NCBI GenBank assembly: GCA_900617105.1
Contig: UYFQ01000574.1
Coordinates: 1-64,000, forward strand
Direction: 5' to 3'
Length of the DNA stretch: 64,000 nt
Origin: Hydrurus foetidus
Lineage: Eukaryota
The notes beneath the pieces were generated by a model that saw only the letters and a list, made by a program, of their open reading frames with translations, ran no database searches and had not been told where the DNA came from. Both the position numbers and the translations under genes were made by a program. Positions 24,808 to 46,903 of the stretch are shown one piece after another (positions within the stretch are counted from its first letter, which is position 1; every line of letters starts with the position of its first letter).

Positions 24808-27800
24808 CTATGTTTTACGAGTTGACGGAATATTTAACAGTTGGCTCCGAAACCATAGGAATTTAGAAGGGGATAGAGTTTTAGTGAGCCCATCCGCTAT
24901 CATATCATGAGTGCTTATGTGGCGGGGTGCAATTTGGTTTGTTTTAAATAGCCAGCGGACGTAATGTGATTTAAGGGCTATGTGGCGCGATTTGCGTGTA
25001 ATTTGGTTGGCTGTGGTCAGGTTAATGGCGGGTTGATTGTCTTCAAGTATGGTAGTGGGTTGGTGTTGTGGGAATCCTATGTCAGCAGCGAACTGTCGAA
25101 AGAAAACGACATCTTTGGCGCAGCGACCGAGTGCAAGGTATTCTGCTTCACAGGGGCTGAGGGCGATACCTGATGTTTCCGCTGAGGAGTGGACAACGAA
25201 GGGTGCATTAACTGTGCCTATTTGGATGGTGTAAGCAGAGTGGGAGTGACCATCTGGATGGCATGCGTGTGAGGAGTCTGCAGCCGCGAAGATGGTGACG
25301 CCGGATGTGAAAGCAAGTGGGTCGGTGGAGTAGGTTGGGCCGAGGTTAGGGCAGCCTTTTAGGTAGCGAAGGAGATGGATTTGTTTGGAGAGGTCTGATT
25401 GAGTTGGTGCAGAGTTGCGGGTACAAAGATGGACGACTTCTTTGCGGATATCGTGGCGAATAGGAAGAAGGAATACGAGGGTTCCATTGATTCGTAGAAA
25501 GCGTGTGCGGTCAACGGGGGTTAGGTCAGTTGGAGCATCGAAAAAATTGGAGGTGGAGGGAGTGAGAGCGGGTGGGACAAGGTCCATTCCTGATTGGTGG
25601 AGGAACTTGATTATGTGTGCGCCTTGATCTAGAGTGCAGGAGTGGTCAGAATGTCGGGTAAGGCGGACACCACAGACGCCTGTGGAGGCATCGTTGAATG
25701 CAATTGTGCCGTAGCGAGTCTGTAGGATGTGTTTTAGTTCATTTTGTAGAGTAGTGGATGTTGTTACATACCAGCCGTCGTCAACGTGCATATTAAGAGT
25801 GAGTGAGTCGTCAGTATTGACGGGACATCGCTTGTGAAAACTATGGTGATCTGATGCAGTGGGGATGAATCCAGCTTCTGTGAGGGTATGTATTAGATCT
25901 TTATCGTATTCGTGGTTAGCTTGCTTTATGCCGTAGCAGCAGCCAGTTATCTCTGCAAGCTTGCCTGCAAGGGGGCTTGGAAGGTCTGGTGGAAGGATGG
26001 CAATGAGTTGATGCCCGTTGGTCATATCACGTGTAAGCTTGTTGTGGAGAAAGGCTCCAGGGAAGTCGAAGTCGCCTAGGAGGAGGCGGTCAAGACAACT
26101 GCGATGGGAGGCATCTGCTAAGTAGGCACTTAGTATGAAAGCACGGTTGGTGGTGTCGGAAGTGCCTGCGTAGGTGTTGTTGTAGGATTCTGGCGGCTGG
26201 CGACTGCCGTCGATGGCTAGGCGGGCGGTAACAAGGCCGTTGGACTTTTTCTTAATGAGCATTTGGCTGCGAAGAAAGATTGCCTTTGTTTCGACACTCG
26301 ACTGAGGAATGAGAGTTAGGGACTGGTATGTGTCGAAATGTTTTCCTAGTTCTTTTGAAATTCCTGTGGCAACATCGGCCGTGGGAAGGAGTAATGAGGC
26401 TTTGCGAATGGACATTTCTGCACGTGAGCTGGGTAGGGGTTGCGGTTGGAAGTCAGTATGCCTATTGTTCAGGGGAGTGTTGGAGGGGTTGTTGAGTCTG
26501 TGTTGCTTGTTTCTAGCCGCTGCCAGTTTAGCATTATCAAGCTTGCGTTGAATTGCATTGATGTAGGCAGAGATAGATGGGTTCGACTTTATCAAAGGAG
26601 TGCTAAAGCAGCCCTTCCAAAAGTTAGTTGGGTGTGAGGCCCTAGGTGACCTACGTAGTGCGGCTGGTGTCTCGGGTGGTAGGTTGGGTAGTAGTGTCCC
26701 GAGAGGTATTGGTGTTGGTGTTGGTGTTGGTGTTGGTGTTGGTGTTGGTGTTGGTGTTGGTGTTGGTGTTGGTGTTGGTGTTGGTGTTGGTGTTGGTGTT
26801 GGTGTTGGTGTTGGTAGTGCAAAAGTTGGAGCTGAAGCACGGGGTATGTAGTCTTGGTGTAGTTGAGGTTGGGGCATCAAGAGGGAGGAGTGGAGGTCAG
26901 CGGGTAGCGGAGATGGAATGTAACCGGTGACTGTAGCTATGGCTTCAGTGTGAGCGATGCCTGGTAGTTGGATGACCTCATTTGGAGTGCTAGCAACTGG
27001 TGGGAGTTCGTAGTCTGGAATTGTTGATTGGATAACGTATGGCTTGGAGGTCCAATCGAAAGGTACAAAGTGTTGTGGGAAAGGGGTGGTAGGTCTTCTG
27101 GGAACAATGGAGCCGTTAGCAAGGAGGAAAAGCGTACGGCCTGTGAGGGTATCTGGGCCCATGCAAACTCCAAGTTCAGCTTTGGGTTCGGCATTGGCTG
27201 CGGTGTGGTTGTTGCGAGCAAGGGCATGGCGTTTGTCGGGATGTTGAGTTACCATGCAACAGCGGCCGAAAGGAAAGGGGCGTCGGGTGGGTTTATAGCC
27301 TCGGAGGAGCTCATCTGGAGTTGATGGGGCGCTGCGGGTGTTCATTAGAGTATTGCGGACAGCAGCGATGGCTTTGTGTAGGTGAAGGGTGTACTTTAGT
27401 GGGAGGTGGTACGGTAGTGCTGATAGTGTGGCAGTGGTGATTTGCCGGATGGTAAGAATTGAGCGTTCAACACGGGCAGCGTGCTCACCAGGAGGTGATG
27501 TCTGAAGTGTTATCCCTAGCGAACCGAGTGGGCTTGCGAGTGATGTATTCACTTTCTCGCAGTCGCCGTGTAGTGTTTGGACTCGGTGGCGATTTGAGTT
27601 GTATGTGACGGATATGATGTGCTGTAGGGCTTTGAACATGGCGGGAGTTGATTTCGAGGAGGAGCCAATCACGGAAATATGTCCTGTGAATTCGTCGACT
27701 AGTATGATCTCGTGTGTATGCATGCCCGGGGATGGTTCGGGGAGTAGCTGTGGATCAAAGCTGATAACAGCACCGACGGAGGTTGCGGGAGCGCTTGTTG

Positions 27801-28560
27801 AAGGAGGATGAGAGGGGTTGCGGTGTTTACCCGCTGTACAATGGGGGCAGGGGCCTCGAAGTTGGCGGTTGAGGGTGACATCGGTGCATGTGAGGGTACT
27901 GAAGGGGAGCTTGCCCGTGGAGAGGTTGGCGCAGAGGCTGCGGTCAGATGGGTGGCAGAGATCATTGTGGAGTTCTTCTGCTGCATCAGCGCGTGCCCTT
28001 TGTTCGGCGTTAGCATGAAGGGTGGGGAAGGTGGTGGACATAGCGAGGGGTTGGTAGTATGCTGCGGGAGACAACGTAGAGGCGTGGTGGAGTGCGGCGA
28101 AGTCGACTGGTAGTAGGTTGTGTGCGGTTAGAGTTGCATGCGCTAGGAGGGGACCGGATGGTGAAGAGAGGATGGAAATGTGAGTGTGGGGACGGAGAGG
28201 ATCAGGGCTGTATGAGGCTCCACATCTTTGAAGTTGGCCGAGACTGAGGAGATTGACGGGTATGGTGGGGGAGAAGTATGCTGAGTTCATGGACTTTGTA
28301 GTGGGGAGGCAGAGGAGACGGCCGCTATGTGTGACTGGACATGATCCACCTACTACTCCGATGGAGAAGGGCGTGGCGAGTGGGATCATATTGTAGAGGA
28401 GCGAGGCGTCGTTGACTGTATGAAAAGAGCATGCGTTGTCCCAATACGAGGCGTTGGGTGTTGAAGGGATTGCTGTAGGGGAGGCGAGAGCGAGAGGACT
28501 GGAGAACAGGGCGGAGGGATTTGATGCGTGACAGAGGTTGATGGCAGGGTTGGATCCTAG
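24808..28560 (-). CDS. pol: Copia Pol (protease, integrase, RT, RNase H), in frame after the gag TGA
   Basis: SYWDNACSFH; LHNDLCH..CPHC; D,D,E; DFPGAFLH; YGIKQA; HVDD; ADSSHA; EAEY; EDNQ; ADGLTK. Open from 28560 to 24808. Confidence 0.93.
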   Translation of the reverse strand, partial: LGSNPAINLCHASNPSALFSSPLALASPTAIPSTPNASYWDNACSFHTVNDASLLYNMIPLATPFSIGVVGGSCPVTHSGRLLCLPTTKSMNSAYFSPTIPVNLLSLGQLQRCGASYSPDPLRPHTHISILSSPSGPLLAHATLTAHNLLPVDFAALHHASTLSPAAYYQPLAMSTTFPTLHANAEQRARADAAEELHNDLCHPSDRSLCANLSTGKLPFSTLTCTDVTLNRQLRGPCPHCTAGKHRNPSHPPSTSAPATSVGAVISFDPQLLPEPSPGMHTHEIILVDEFTGHISVIGSSSKSTPAMFKALQHIISVTYNSNRHRVQTLHGDCEKVNTSLASPLGSLGITLQTSPPGEHAARVERSILTIRQITTATLSALPYHLPLKYTLHLHKAIAAVRNTLMNTRSAPSTPDELLRGYKPTRRPFPFGRCCMVTQHPDKRHALARNNHTAANAEPKAELGVCMGPDTLTGRTLFLLANGSIVPRRPTTPFPQHFVPFDWTSKPYVIQSTIPDYELPPVASTPNEVIQLPGIAHTEAIATVTGYIPSPLPADLHSSLLMPQPQLHQDYIPRASAPTFALPTPTPTPTPTPTPTPTPTPTPTPTPTPTPTPTPTPIPLGTLLPNLPPETPAALRRSPRASHPTNFWKGCFSTPLIKSNPSISAYINAIQRKLDNAKLAAARNKQHRLNNPSNTPLNNRHTDFQPQPLPSSRAEMSIRKASLLLPTADVATGISKELGKHFDTYQSLTLIPQSSVETKAIFLRSQMLIKKKSNGLVTARLAIDGSRQPPESYNNTYAGTSDTTNRAFILSAYLADASHRSCLDRLLLGDFDFPGAFLHNKLTRDMTNGHQLIAILPPDLPSPLAGKLAEITGCCYGIKQANHEYDKDLIHTLTEAGFIPTASDHHSFHKRCPVNTDDSLTLNMHVDDGWYVTTSTTLQNELKHILQTRYGTIAFNDASTGVCGVRLTRHSDHSCTLDQGAHIIKFLHQSGMDLVPPALTPSTSNFFDAPTDLTPVDRTRFLRINGTLVFLLPIRHDIRKEVVHLCTRNSAPTQSDLSKQIHLLRYLKGCPNLGPTYSTDPLAFTSGVTIFAAADSSHACHPDGHSHSAYTIQIGTVNAPFVVHSSAETSGIALSPCEAEYLALGRCAKDVVFFRQFAADIGFPQHQPTTILEDNQPAINLTTANQITRKSRHIALKSHYVRWLFKTNQIAPRHISTHDMIADGLTKTLSPSKFLWFRSQLLNIPSTRKT
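26711..26815. repeat. (GGTGTT)n hexamer encoding a (PT)n linker between integrase and RT
   Basis: About 17 perfect units, in frame within pol. Confidence 0.95.
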
Positions 28561-29800
28561 TCAGGCGGTGTCTACGTATTCTGAAGCCTCGATGGCGGCC
28601 TCGGCGATGAGGAGCATGGCCGCGTTGGATGCATCTGGGGTGGCTGCGAGATCAAGTTGGGTAAGGAGTGCTCGAAGACGCTGCGATGTGCTGGAGGGGT
28701 AGTGGGACGATGGTTGCGGAGGAGAGGTTGAGTTTGGGTTTGGTACGCGGTTGGGGTTCTTAGAGCAATGTGCGGAGAGGTGACCGAAGCGTTGGATCTT
28801 ATCTTTAGCTAGACACCAGGTGCATGGAGTTGGGTGAAGATGGGGCTTAGGGGCGTTGGGGATGTTGCCTGCAGTCTTGGCAGCTGGAGATTTGGTGCGA
28901 GTGGTGATGGGTTGGGACGCAAGAAGGGCAGAGCCTTGAGTGGACACGTCGTCGCGGGTGAAGGAGAGTGAGTTGGCGATTTTCCAGGCCTGGAGTTGTG
29001 ACATTAGGGCTGTAGGATCAGGAAAGCGGCCAGTTGGGTGGTTGTGGAGGAGTTCATCTAGTGCGCGGCGGAACTCAGTACGGTTGAGGCCAGCGAGATA
29101 TAGGAAGCTGGTGAGCTCTGGGATGGATACAAAGCCAGGATGGACGGTGGATTCGAAATCCAATTTGAATGTCTCTGTCATTGAGTTGACAAGGTCGATG
29201 TAGGCTTCGTGGGGTAGGTCAGATTGTGTAATGTTCATGTAGTTGCGTGTGCGATGAAGCTTGGTTGCTGCGTTGCCGATGGAGTGGATGCCCCGGATCA
29301 TGACGTAAAAGGCGTAGCTGCGCGCTCCGATTGCCAGCAGTTGGTATGCAGGGTAATTAGCATGTGTTTTGATGGCGATGTGGGAGGCAAGAGATATGTG
29401 TCTGTAGAGATGATCGAGGCAATCGGTGTCTTGGTCTGAAAAGCGCCGTTGGGCATCATTGAAGATCTTCTTGTCGTCGCGGTAGTTGGTGTTGCCTTGG
29501 GTGCTGAGTTGGAGGTGGAGTGCGTTGCCGGCTGGTTCGCCTTCGGGTGGAGTGCGGCGTTGGTAAATGTATTCTCCTGGGATTGGTGTGCCAGCAGGAT
29601 CGAGGTCGAGATCGTTCATGGTTGGTTCGTTTGCGAATGGATGTAGAGGGATGAGTCGTGATCGGTGAGGAAATTTGGTTGCCTGCGACGCCAAATTTGG
29701 TGAAGCATAATAGTTTCAGAGACTGGTTCCATGTGGACCAGTTGTCTTGATGGAGGTCGAGAAGTGGCGCTGGTGCCAATGAGGTTGCCTTGGATAGCAT
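28561..29800 (-). CDS. gag: Copia Gag with a frameshift near 29655-29670
   Basis: The N-terminus (ORF 29456-29800) and the body (ORF 28561-29694) each align to the single gag ORF 7321-8562. Zinc knuckle CTWC...GHLSAHC. Confidence 0.8.
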
Positions 29801-29842
29801 ATTGCTGCAGAGGATCGGATGATGCTTTGAACCTTAAGCAAT

Positions 29843-30106
29843 TGTCAGGAATCGGGACCAAAACCGGAAAGGAATCGGTAGAAACAGAATTGCTTAAAGG
29901 TTTACTGGTTAAAAGATTGTGTGAGATGTGAATGAATGAACGATTGTAATTATGTGAATTGTGAATCATGCGATGTCGAATGCTATGCACTTCAATGTTG
30001 AAATGTTAGAACTTCAATGTTGAAATGTTGGGACTTCAATGTCGAGATGGTGGAACTTCAACGTGTTGGATGGTTGTACAGTGTATGTGTATACAAAACA
30101 ATGACA
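29843..30106 (-). repeat. 5' LTR of Copia A
   Basis: Identical to 24458-24721. Confidence 0.95.
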
Positions 30107-31342
30107 AACAGCCAACTCCAACACTCGAACTCAACTCAACTGAAATTTTGAATTTTGAGTCTGTGAAAATGTGAAATTATTTTCACCAATCTGTCATGAT
30201 ATCCGTAAGATACGGAACAATTTACAGTTTACAGTCAGTTTAACCTCATCAGTCTTTTTTAATTTTGTTGTCACGACTGTTGATGGATTTAGGGTTCATA
30301 CCGAAATGCTTTCACAGAAATTCGTAACCTGAGAAGTCTTCAATTTTGACACAGACCGTCCCCTGGATCCTTTAGTACTGCTGCTCTACCGGATATCATG
30401 GAACAAATTGGCTTACTCCTCGGCTTCTAGGGATGTCCAAACAAACCATTATCAGTACCGCAGAAATGGATAGTACGAAATGTCTACTGATAAGTAAAAG
30501 CATTGCACGTACTTGATCACAATGGATAGTTAAAATTGCAGAACGAAAAATAAGAATCGCTTGTTCAGTACATTATTCATTATTCGCTTACAGAATCTGC
30601 GTAATTTACACAACCCAGAGAGTTTCTAGGTAGAGACAATCAATGAAAGCACAGCATATCATGAGAGATATTCAATTTGATGGCTGCTCAGTATCAAGGA
30701 GGAAAGGGAATGAACAGCTCGGATGCCTTGTGTTTCATGCTATATTCTAGCGGTGTTGTGGCAGCGGACTCGGATAATACTATAATACTATATCATCAGT
30801 TGAAGATGAAAACGGAATCAAGATTAAAATGTCTCCATAAATCGCTAATTATCAAGATATCTTGAATTTAGAATCTGAAAATTTCGCCGCATTTGATGAA
30901 AGAAAGGAGGATAGTGACAAATGATGAGCCTGTGTCGGTGTCTCTGATAAAAACAGATTAATAGCGCATTTAACAACGAATTGAAACTTGTCCGCGAAAT
31001 AGCACCGGTTACTCTCTTTGCCCCTATTACCACCCTTGCAGATTTGACCCAGAAACTGCAGTTCGATGGCATGACTTACTCAGAAAATGCGTAGACTGGA
31101 GAGAGCAGCGGTGCATACTTGACACGCAACTCTACGGTGCGAAGAGAATGATCTCGTGATAAGCTAACAACGAGCAATTCAAACACCCAACTCTACTTGA
31201 TACCCTACCTACCCACCTACCTACCTGCATACAGCAGATTAAAACAGTTCAAGGCACACGTTACAGTCTTCCGTGACCTGGCCGGCAGAGACAGTTAGTT
31301 CTCTACCATCGATCGAGACCTCAAAACGAAGAATCTGTAAAA

Positions 31343-34136
31343 TCATCTCAACCTCCTGATCTCGTCGAGTATGCTGTATGACCACATGTTGTCCCACTTC
31401 GGTCTACCCCCTTTGTCCTTTATCATCTGGAATCCATGGGTCCCGATACCTTCACACCAAGTACAGAATAAAAAAAGACATTAAACAAATTAATCTGACG
31501 ATCAAAATGTCAGGAGTGTAACATTAACAACTGTTCCTCACCATGGCCTATTGGGGCTCCTATCACAGTTCTTTCTGTTGTCCCCGATACCCTCTGTGCG
31601 GAGTGCACAAAAGTGCTCACGTGCCCTGTGAACCCTTTCCTCCAGGCTATTACAGTGTTTGCTAGTGAGAGAGAGTACCAGTCAAACACGATGTCTAGCA
31701 GCCCTGTCATTTGAAAGTAGTGCAGAATGGTAGTGAGATGATCTTGTAGGCTACACTGCAGTGCTTGATGGCAATAGATAGATTGAGGAGCATGTTTAGT
31801 AGGCGAGTACGTCACAGTAACATCACGTCTGACAGACTTACGCTCGCTGAAGTTATCAAGAATAGGTAGAAGAGGGTTGATGTCGAGAACAGAAAGTCGT
31901 GTGCACTGATACTGTAGCTTTTACATGAGACTGTATAGTAGAGGGTGAGAAACAGAACGTCAAATCACAAATGATTTGCACAAAAATCAAGGCACCTTCA
32001 TCATTCGTGGCCTGCTTCATATTTGCAAGATTCTTGATATGATGGACGAACTTGGTCTCGACCCTCATTATGTTGATCGTGAAATTTGAACTTCCGTGTT
32101 TTTCATTGGGTAGAATTGTAGAGGCAAACGCTTCTTTGACTTGCTCATTGTCTGCTGCAAGGTAGACGTATACGTCATCGTCTTGGGATGCTTGGAGGGA
32201 TGGCCTGTTTCCCTCTATCACGCTGACAAGTTGCGCTTTCATTTTCTCAAATACTACCGCGCACTCTGTTGAGTTAAGCCAATCTTCGACTTCTTTCTTG
32301 TACCCTCGAGTATCACAGTAAAAATGTTAGATAAGATGCATAATGGACGAGACTGAAAGAGACTTTGTGGGCTATCGTACGGGATGATACACCGATAAAA
32401 TAGACAAGCAGAGGTAAGGAATCAATGAATGTATGTATGAATGAATGAATGAGGGAGGGAGGGAGGGAGTGGAGGCAGTCACGAGGATACGATGGAGAAG
32501 CAGCCGTCATACCTGCATCGGATATGTTTGCTTGTTTTTCAAAGTGATTGAAGGAGTTGCGTATGTGTACAGCCGCATCGAGTCTGGGGGCGAAGGAGTG
32601 GGGAAGCGACAATATCTGCGGTGATACAGTGGATGTGTTGGATGGACAGTTATCAAACGATGGACAAGCAATACATTGTAGGAGCAATCCGAAAGGAGTG
32701 TAGAGTGGACTGAGTGGCAGCATCAGTGGGGTGGGGAAAAAAGGCAGAGTATTGTTTGTCTGTGTTATGCAGGCAAGAGAAGGTATGAGTAACGATAACA
32801 GTGACCGATAAATGCTCTCCAGCCTCTCTTTCACCAGCGTTCCTATTCCGGTCTACACCATTTACTGCTTATCCCAGGGCACTTACAACTTACCGCATGT
32901 TTCACATGATCAGGCACACCCTTTATCCTTTTCTCTTCCTCTATTGTGAGGCTTGACCTGAAGGGTCCTCGGACCAGCCTCTGGTATGCGTGCCTGTCTG
33001 AGCACGCTATGTCGCCGAAATCGCAACCTATCGAGTATCATTCAGAGGAAGAGACACTAATCAGCTGCGAATAGGAGAGGCACATCCTCTGAAACACAAA
33101 CATTAGCTCTTATCATACGTTGCTCGTCATATTCATTTCGGATGAATGCGTTGAGACTGCAGTAGTTACTGTTAAGAAGCTGTTGTGGTTCAACTTTGAG
33201 TCTCAAGTAATGTACTATCGAATGAATGATTTTTTTGCTTTTGCTAGAAAAAAAAATCAGACATTATGAAGGCTTTTTCACTGCACGACAATATCACCTT
33301 TTTCAGTAAGATTGATAACACACTCACCTGTTAATTTTTGTACGCAGTGCTGTGTGTTGTTGTACCATGCCCACCACTGACTCTCTGCCTTATACCCTGA
33401 TGCTTCTACAACATTTTCAGTAATATTCCTTTTGCCTAAATGAAGCGTTTCAGAGAAAGTGGGAACTTTTAGGAATACTGGTGCTGAATGCAGAAGAGTG
33501 ATGGAAATTGTTCTGGTGTTCTCAAGGGCAAGTTGATAGCATCACCTTCGATGTACTTCATGAAGTCAACGATATGAAGCTGTTCCACCTTTTTCAGGTG
33601 GAGGTCAGCGAGGACTGCTGGATACGCGTGGGCCATTTCTGATGCAAATGGAAATCCACACGTAATGATTTTGCACATCTCACCTGGGAGATGTTCATGC
33701 GATGTACATTATTTTCTAGTTCTTCAAGGTCTAAGCAGTAGCATGACTACCAATATTTAGCAAAATTATCTTTGTGGTTTATATTTTGATATCACAATGC
33801 TTCAAGACAATAAACACTCAAGAATGACAGCCTTCCTATGAACAGGCGGGTCATATAATTTGCTGTAAGAATCTTACCGACAATCGAATTATCGCCCAGA
33901 ATAATGTCTCTTCCACTAAAAGCAGCAAGATAGTATACTGATGGGAAAAAGATCAATAAATTGCCGATTCCGGCACCTTGGCCGCCATCAGAGCCAAACA
34001 AAATAAATTTTCTTAACTTATTCTGAGTTGTTCCGCCAACGTCTGGATCATGACACTGAATGTCTCGCACAGAGTTAGATAATCCGCAACAAAGTAGAAA
34101 TACGTTTAAAATTCTGCTTATTTTAATAAGGACCAT
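31343..34136 (-). CDS. Fucosyltransferase-like (GT-B; GT23/GT37/NodZ-type motifs), multi-exon
   Basis: N-terminal signal/anchor, then GAGIGN, AVHIR, VYLAAD, DWYSLS and STF..SA in the expected order across exons; last exon ends ...EIRRLR*. Confidence 0.75.
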
Positions 34137-35454
34137 TTTGGGGCTGCTTGTGCCGACTGAGTCCTAGAGAACCAACGATAGCTGAACTGTCGATGGATGA
34201 ATTTCAGTTATTTCAAGTCATGGAGGCTGCTGCCCATCACTGTCAATCATATGCACATGGACTCAGGGATACCATTTCGAAGAATACAAAGGACTTTGAC
34301 CGAAGAACACAAAGTACTTTAATTGACAGATGGTTGAAACAGGCTACTACTCCTGTTACTCCTGAGGGCTGTGGGAGTCTCAAACTAGACTCCAACACTC
34401 CGACTCAACTGCGGCGGGTTTCAGGTTTCAAGTTTCAGCTGAACTCCGTACCCTTTAGGGATGGTTAGTTAGTGTAACCGTCTTATCAAGTCTCAACTTT
34501 CATCTTAATTCTTAATTTCAATACTCGTCTCTTTCTCGTTTCATATTTGTTTTGCATCTCATTATCGATATGAGTTTCGTCGATAAATGATTTTATCACA
34601 TATTCAAAACAATCACATATTTGCATATCTGCATGATCCCGTTCCTCCATCATGAATATCTTATAGTTTCCATCATGCTCCCAAAGAGATCTACTCCCCT
34701 GAGGCTCTGTTGCATTTTTTGCTCAGGTAATTCAGCAAAGTCAAAATGCTTCGTTCCATCTCACAGTGCATCTTTTGCTTTTTGAACTCCGTCTTTTTCG
34801 TCTACAGATGTTAGGCACTGCTTGGTCTGTCAGGATACGGAGTCAAGCAATACAGGTCAGAATTATCAAATCAATCCCAAAATTCAATACTTCAGGAAAT
34901 AGTAGGCTACACTTTTGGCATAATCACTTCCGATGAGGAGGTTCCTCCCCCATGATCATTCATCTAACGCGATCACTGACTGAAAAGCACCGATGAAAAC
35001 GTAAAACGAAATAGTCGGGTATTACTCCAACTGAGTGCGCCCTGTAATCCTATCTCTTCTCTTTTTTTTTCTTCTTCTCTCTTGTCTTGTCTTCTCTTGT
35101 CTTCTCTTGTCTCTTTTCGTTTCCTGAAATTAAGTCTCAATTAACGGAGGAAATAGCCAGGTAAAATCCATCAAACGTCATGCTCTGCTGTAATCTATTT
35201 TAATTTCATTTATGTAATCGGGTGTGAACCATGGACGGAAGTCATTTATAATGACATGGGGTGGAGGCAAACGAATTCAAGACAAAGTGATTATAGCCGG
35301 TCTGTTTGTCAGGTCAAAGTTACGATGATCATCGTGACGTATGCGATGTAGTTGTTCAGACATACTCATCCTACTTGTCACGAATCTGTCAGCCGCATAG
35401 CTATGCGGGTATGATGTTGTACGAGATAAAATGAGATGCGATGAGATGGGGTAT

Positions 35455-35555
35455 TATTGTATCATATTGTATTGTATTGTATCGTATTGTATTGTATTGT
35501 CTTGTATTGTATTGTATTGTATTGTTTGTATTGTGTTGTATTGTGTTGTATGGTA
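35455..35555. repeat. (TATTG)n microsatellite
   Basis: Direct reading. Confidence 0.9.
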
Positions 35556-35682
35556 TGGGATAAGATGGGAAATGTCTTAAGGGGCATACAGTAGGCAGTC
35601 AGTACGTCCCACTAGGGAGTGCATCATCGGAAGGAATACAGAAGATCCCTATAGGTCATGCACTCCTCGAGGAGGATGACAG

Positions 35683-45812
<10,130 letters not shown>

Positions 45813-46903
45813 ATTAAAAGCAGCCGAATATTATGGTGGCGTTATCGTTGAGGGACCTCTTTCACCTGAGAGCTGTGTCGTAGTAAAACGATGGAGAATG
45901 TTCTATTTAGCTCTCAGCAGTCTCAGCATTGGGTATCATCAAATTTTATTGCCAATTATTTGCAGCGAGTATGTCATATGTTTTGTTACCGTGTGTTTTA
46001 AAAGTACTAATTATAATCACTTTTTTCGTATCTGCTGCTGCGCGGCTGTATTTTTTTGCAGGTTGGAAAGCTGATTCCACATTCTCGCTACCGAATGTTT
46101 CTCAATTTCAAGTTGGACCAAACGGTTGGTAATGGCAACAGTATGCAGACCATCGAGGCCTCAAGTAAGGTATGAGCATATCATAGTAATTAGACAGCAA
46201 TAAGCATGAAATCCTGAAATCCTGGTAACGATACGAAGCAAGATGTATCTACGTTGTACTGCAAGAAGTCCGTAAGAAGATTCATTAAGAGAGCGCATCT
46301 ACGAAAGTTCGTACATATTGCTGAAAATGTATTGAAGTTCAAACCATTTTCTGGAACACAAATTTTGATGCTAATTATTGGATAAATGGGTGGTTGTATG
46401 TACCCCAACAAGGATATGCAGCATTTTTTGCAGCACGACTTGAACTGTTGCTGTCCGTCATGTTTTTAATCGTTTTGATGGTAATCGTGAGTAATTAATT
46501 GATGGTATCGTTTTGAAATCGACATCGACGCGTGGTTTTGATAAAAAGCCGTATGATTCTGAATCAGGGGGGATGAATCTCGTTTTGGTCAGCAAAAATT
46601 TCAAAACTACCGCACACTACACTGACGTTATACGTCATACGTTATACCGTTGTAACGTACTTCACTGACGTAGAAAGTACGTACTTTATGACCCGGATCT
46701 TGAACCGTACATTTTGGGGTCGAGAACATTCTTCCATAATCGTACTCCATTCGTCGGCACGTCGGGTACCGTTTATGTTCAACTCTTCAACTCTTCAACG
46801 CTTCAACGCTGCAACTCTCCAAATCATCGATGCCTGCGTAGCGAATCTCCGATGAATTTCCTCTGAAGATGGCACATCTCAACAATACCGCGAAATAAAC
46901 AAT

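Larger units (their letters stand above)
24458..30106 (-). mobile_element. Full-length, very young Ty1/Copia LTR retrotransposon (copy A)
   Basis: 264-bp LTRs (TG...CA) identical by eye; 5-bp TSD AACAG at 24453-24457 and 30107-30111; domain order PR-INT-RT-RH. Confidence 0.97.

Noticed and set aside
26592..26930. Poly-HQ, poly-GV and poly-VL ORFs
   Set aside because: Alternative frames of the (GGTGTT)n repeat in pol; internal to pol and not a telomere.
29655..29670. Programmed frameshift in gag
   Set aside because: The sister copy has an uninterrupted gag and there is no slippery site, so a mutation or sequencing error is more likely.
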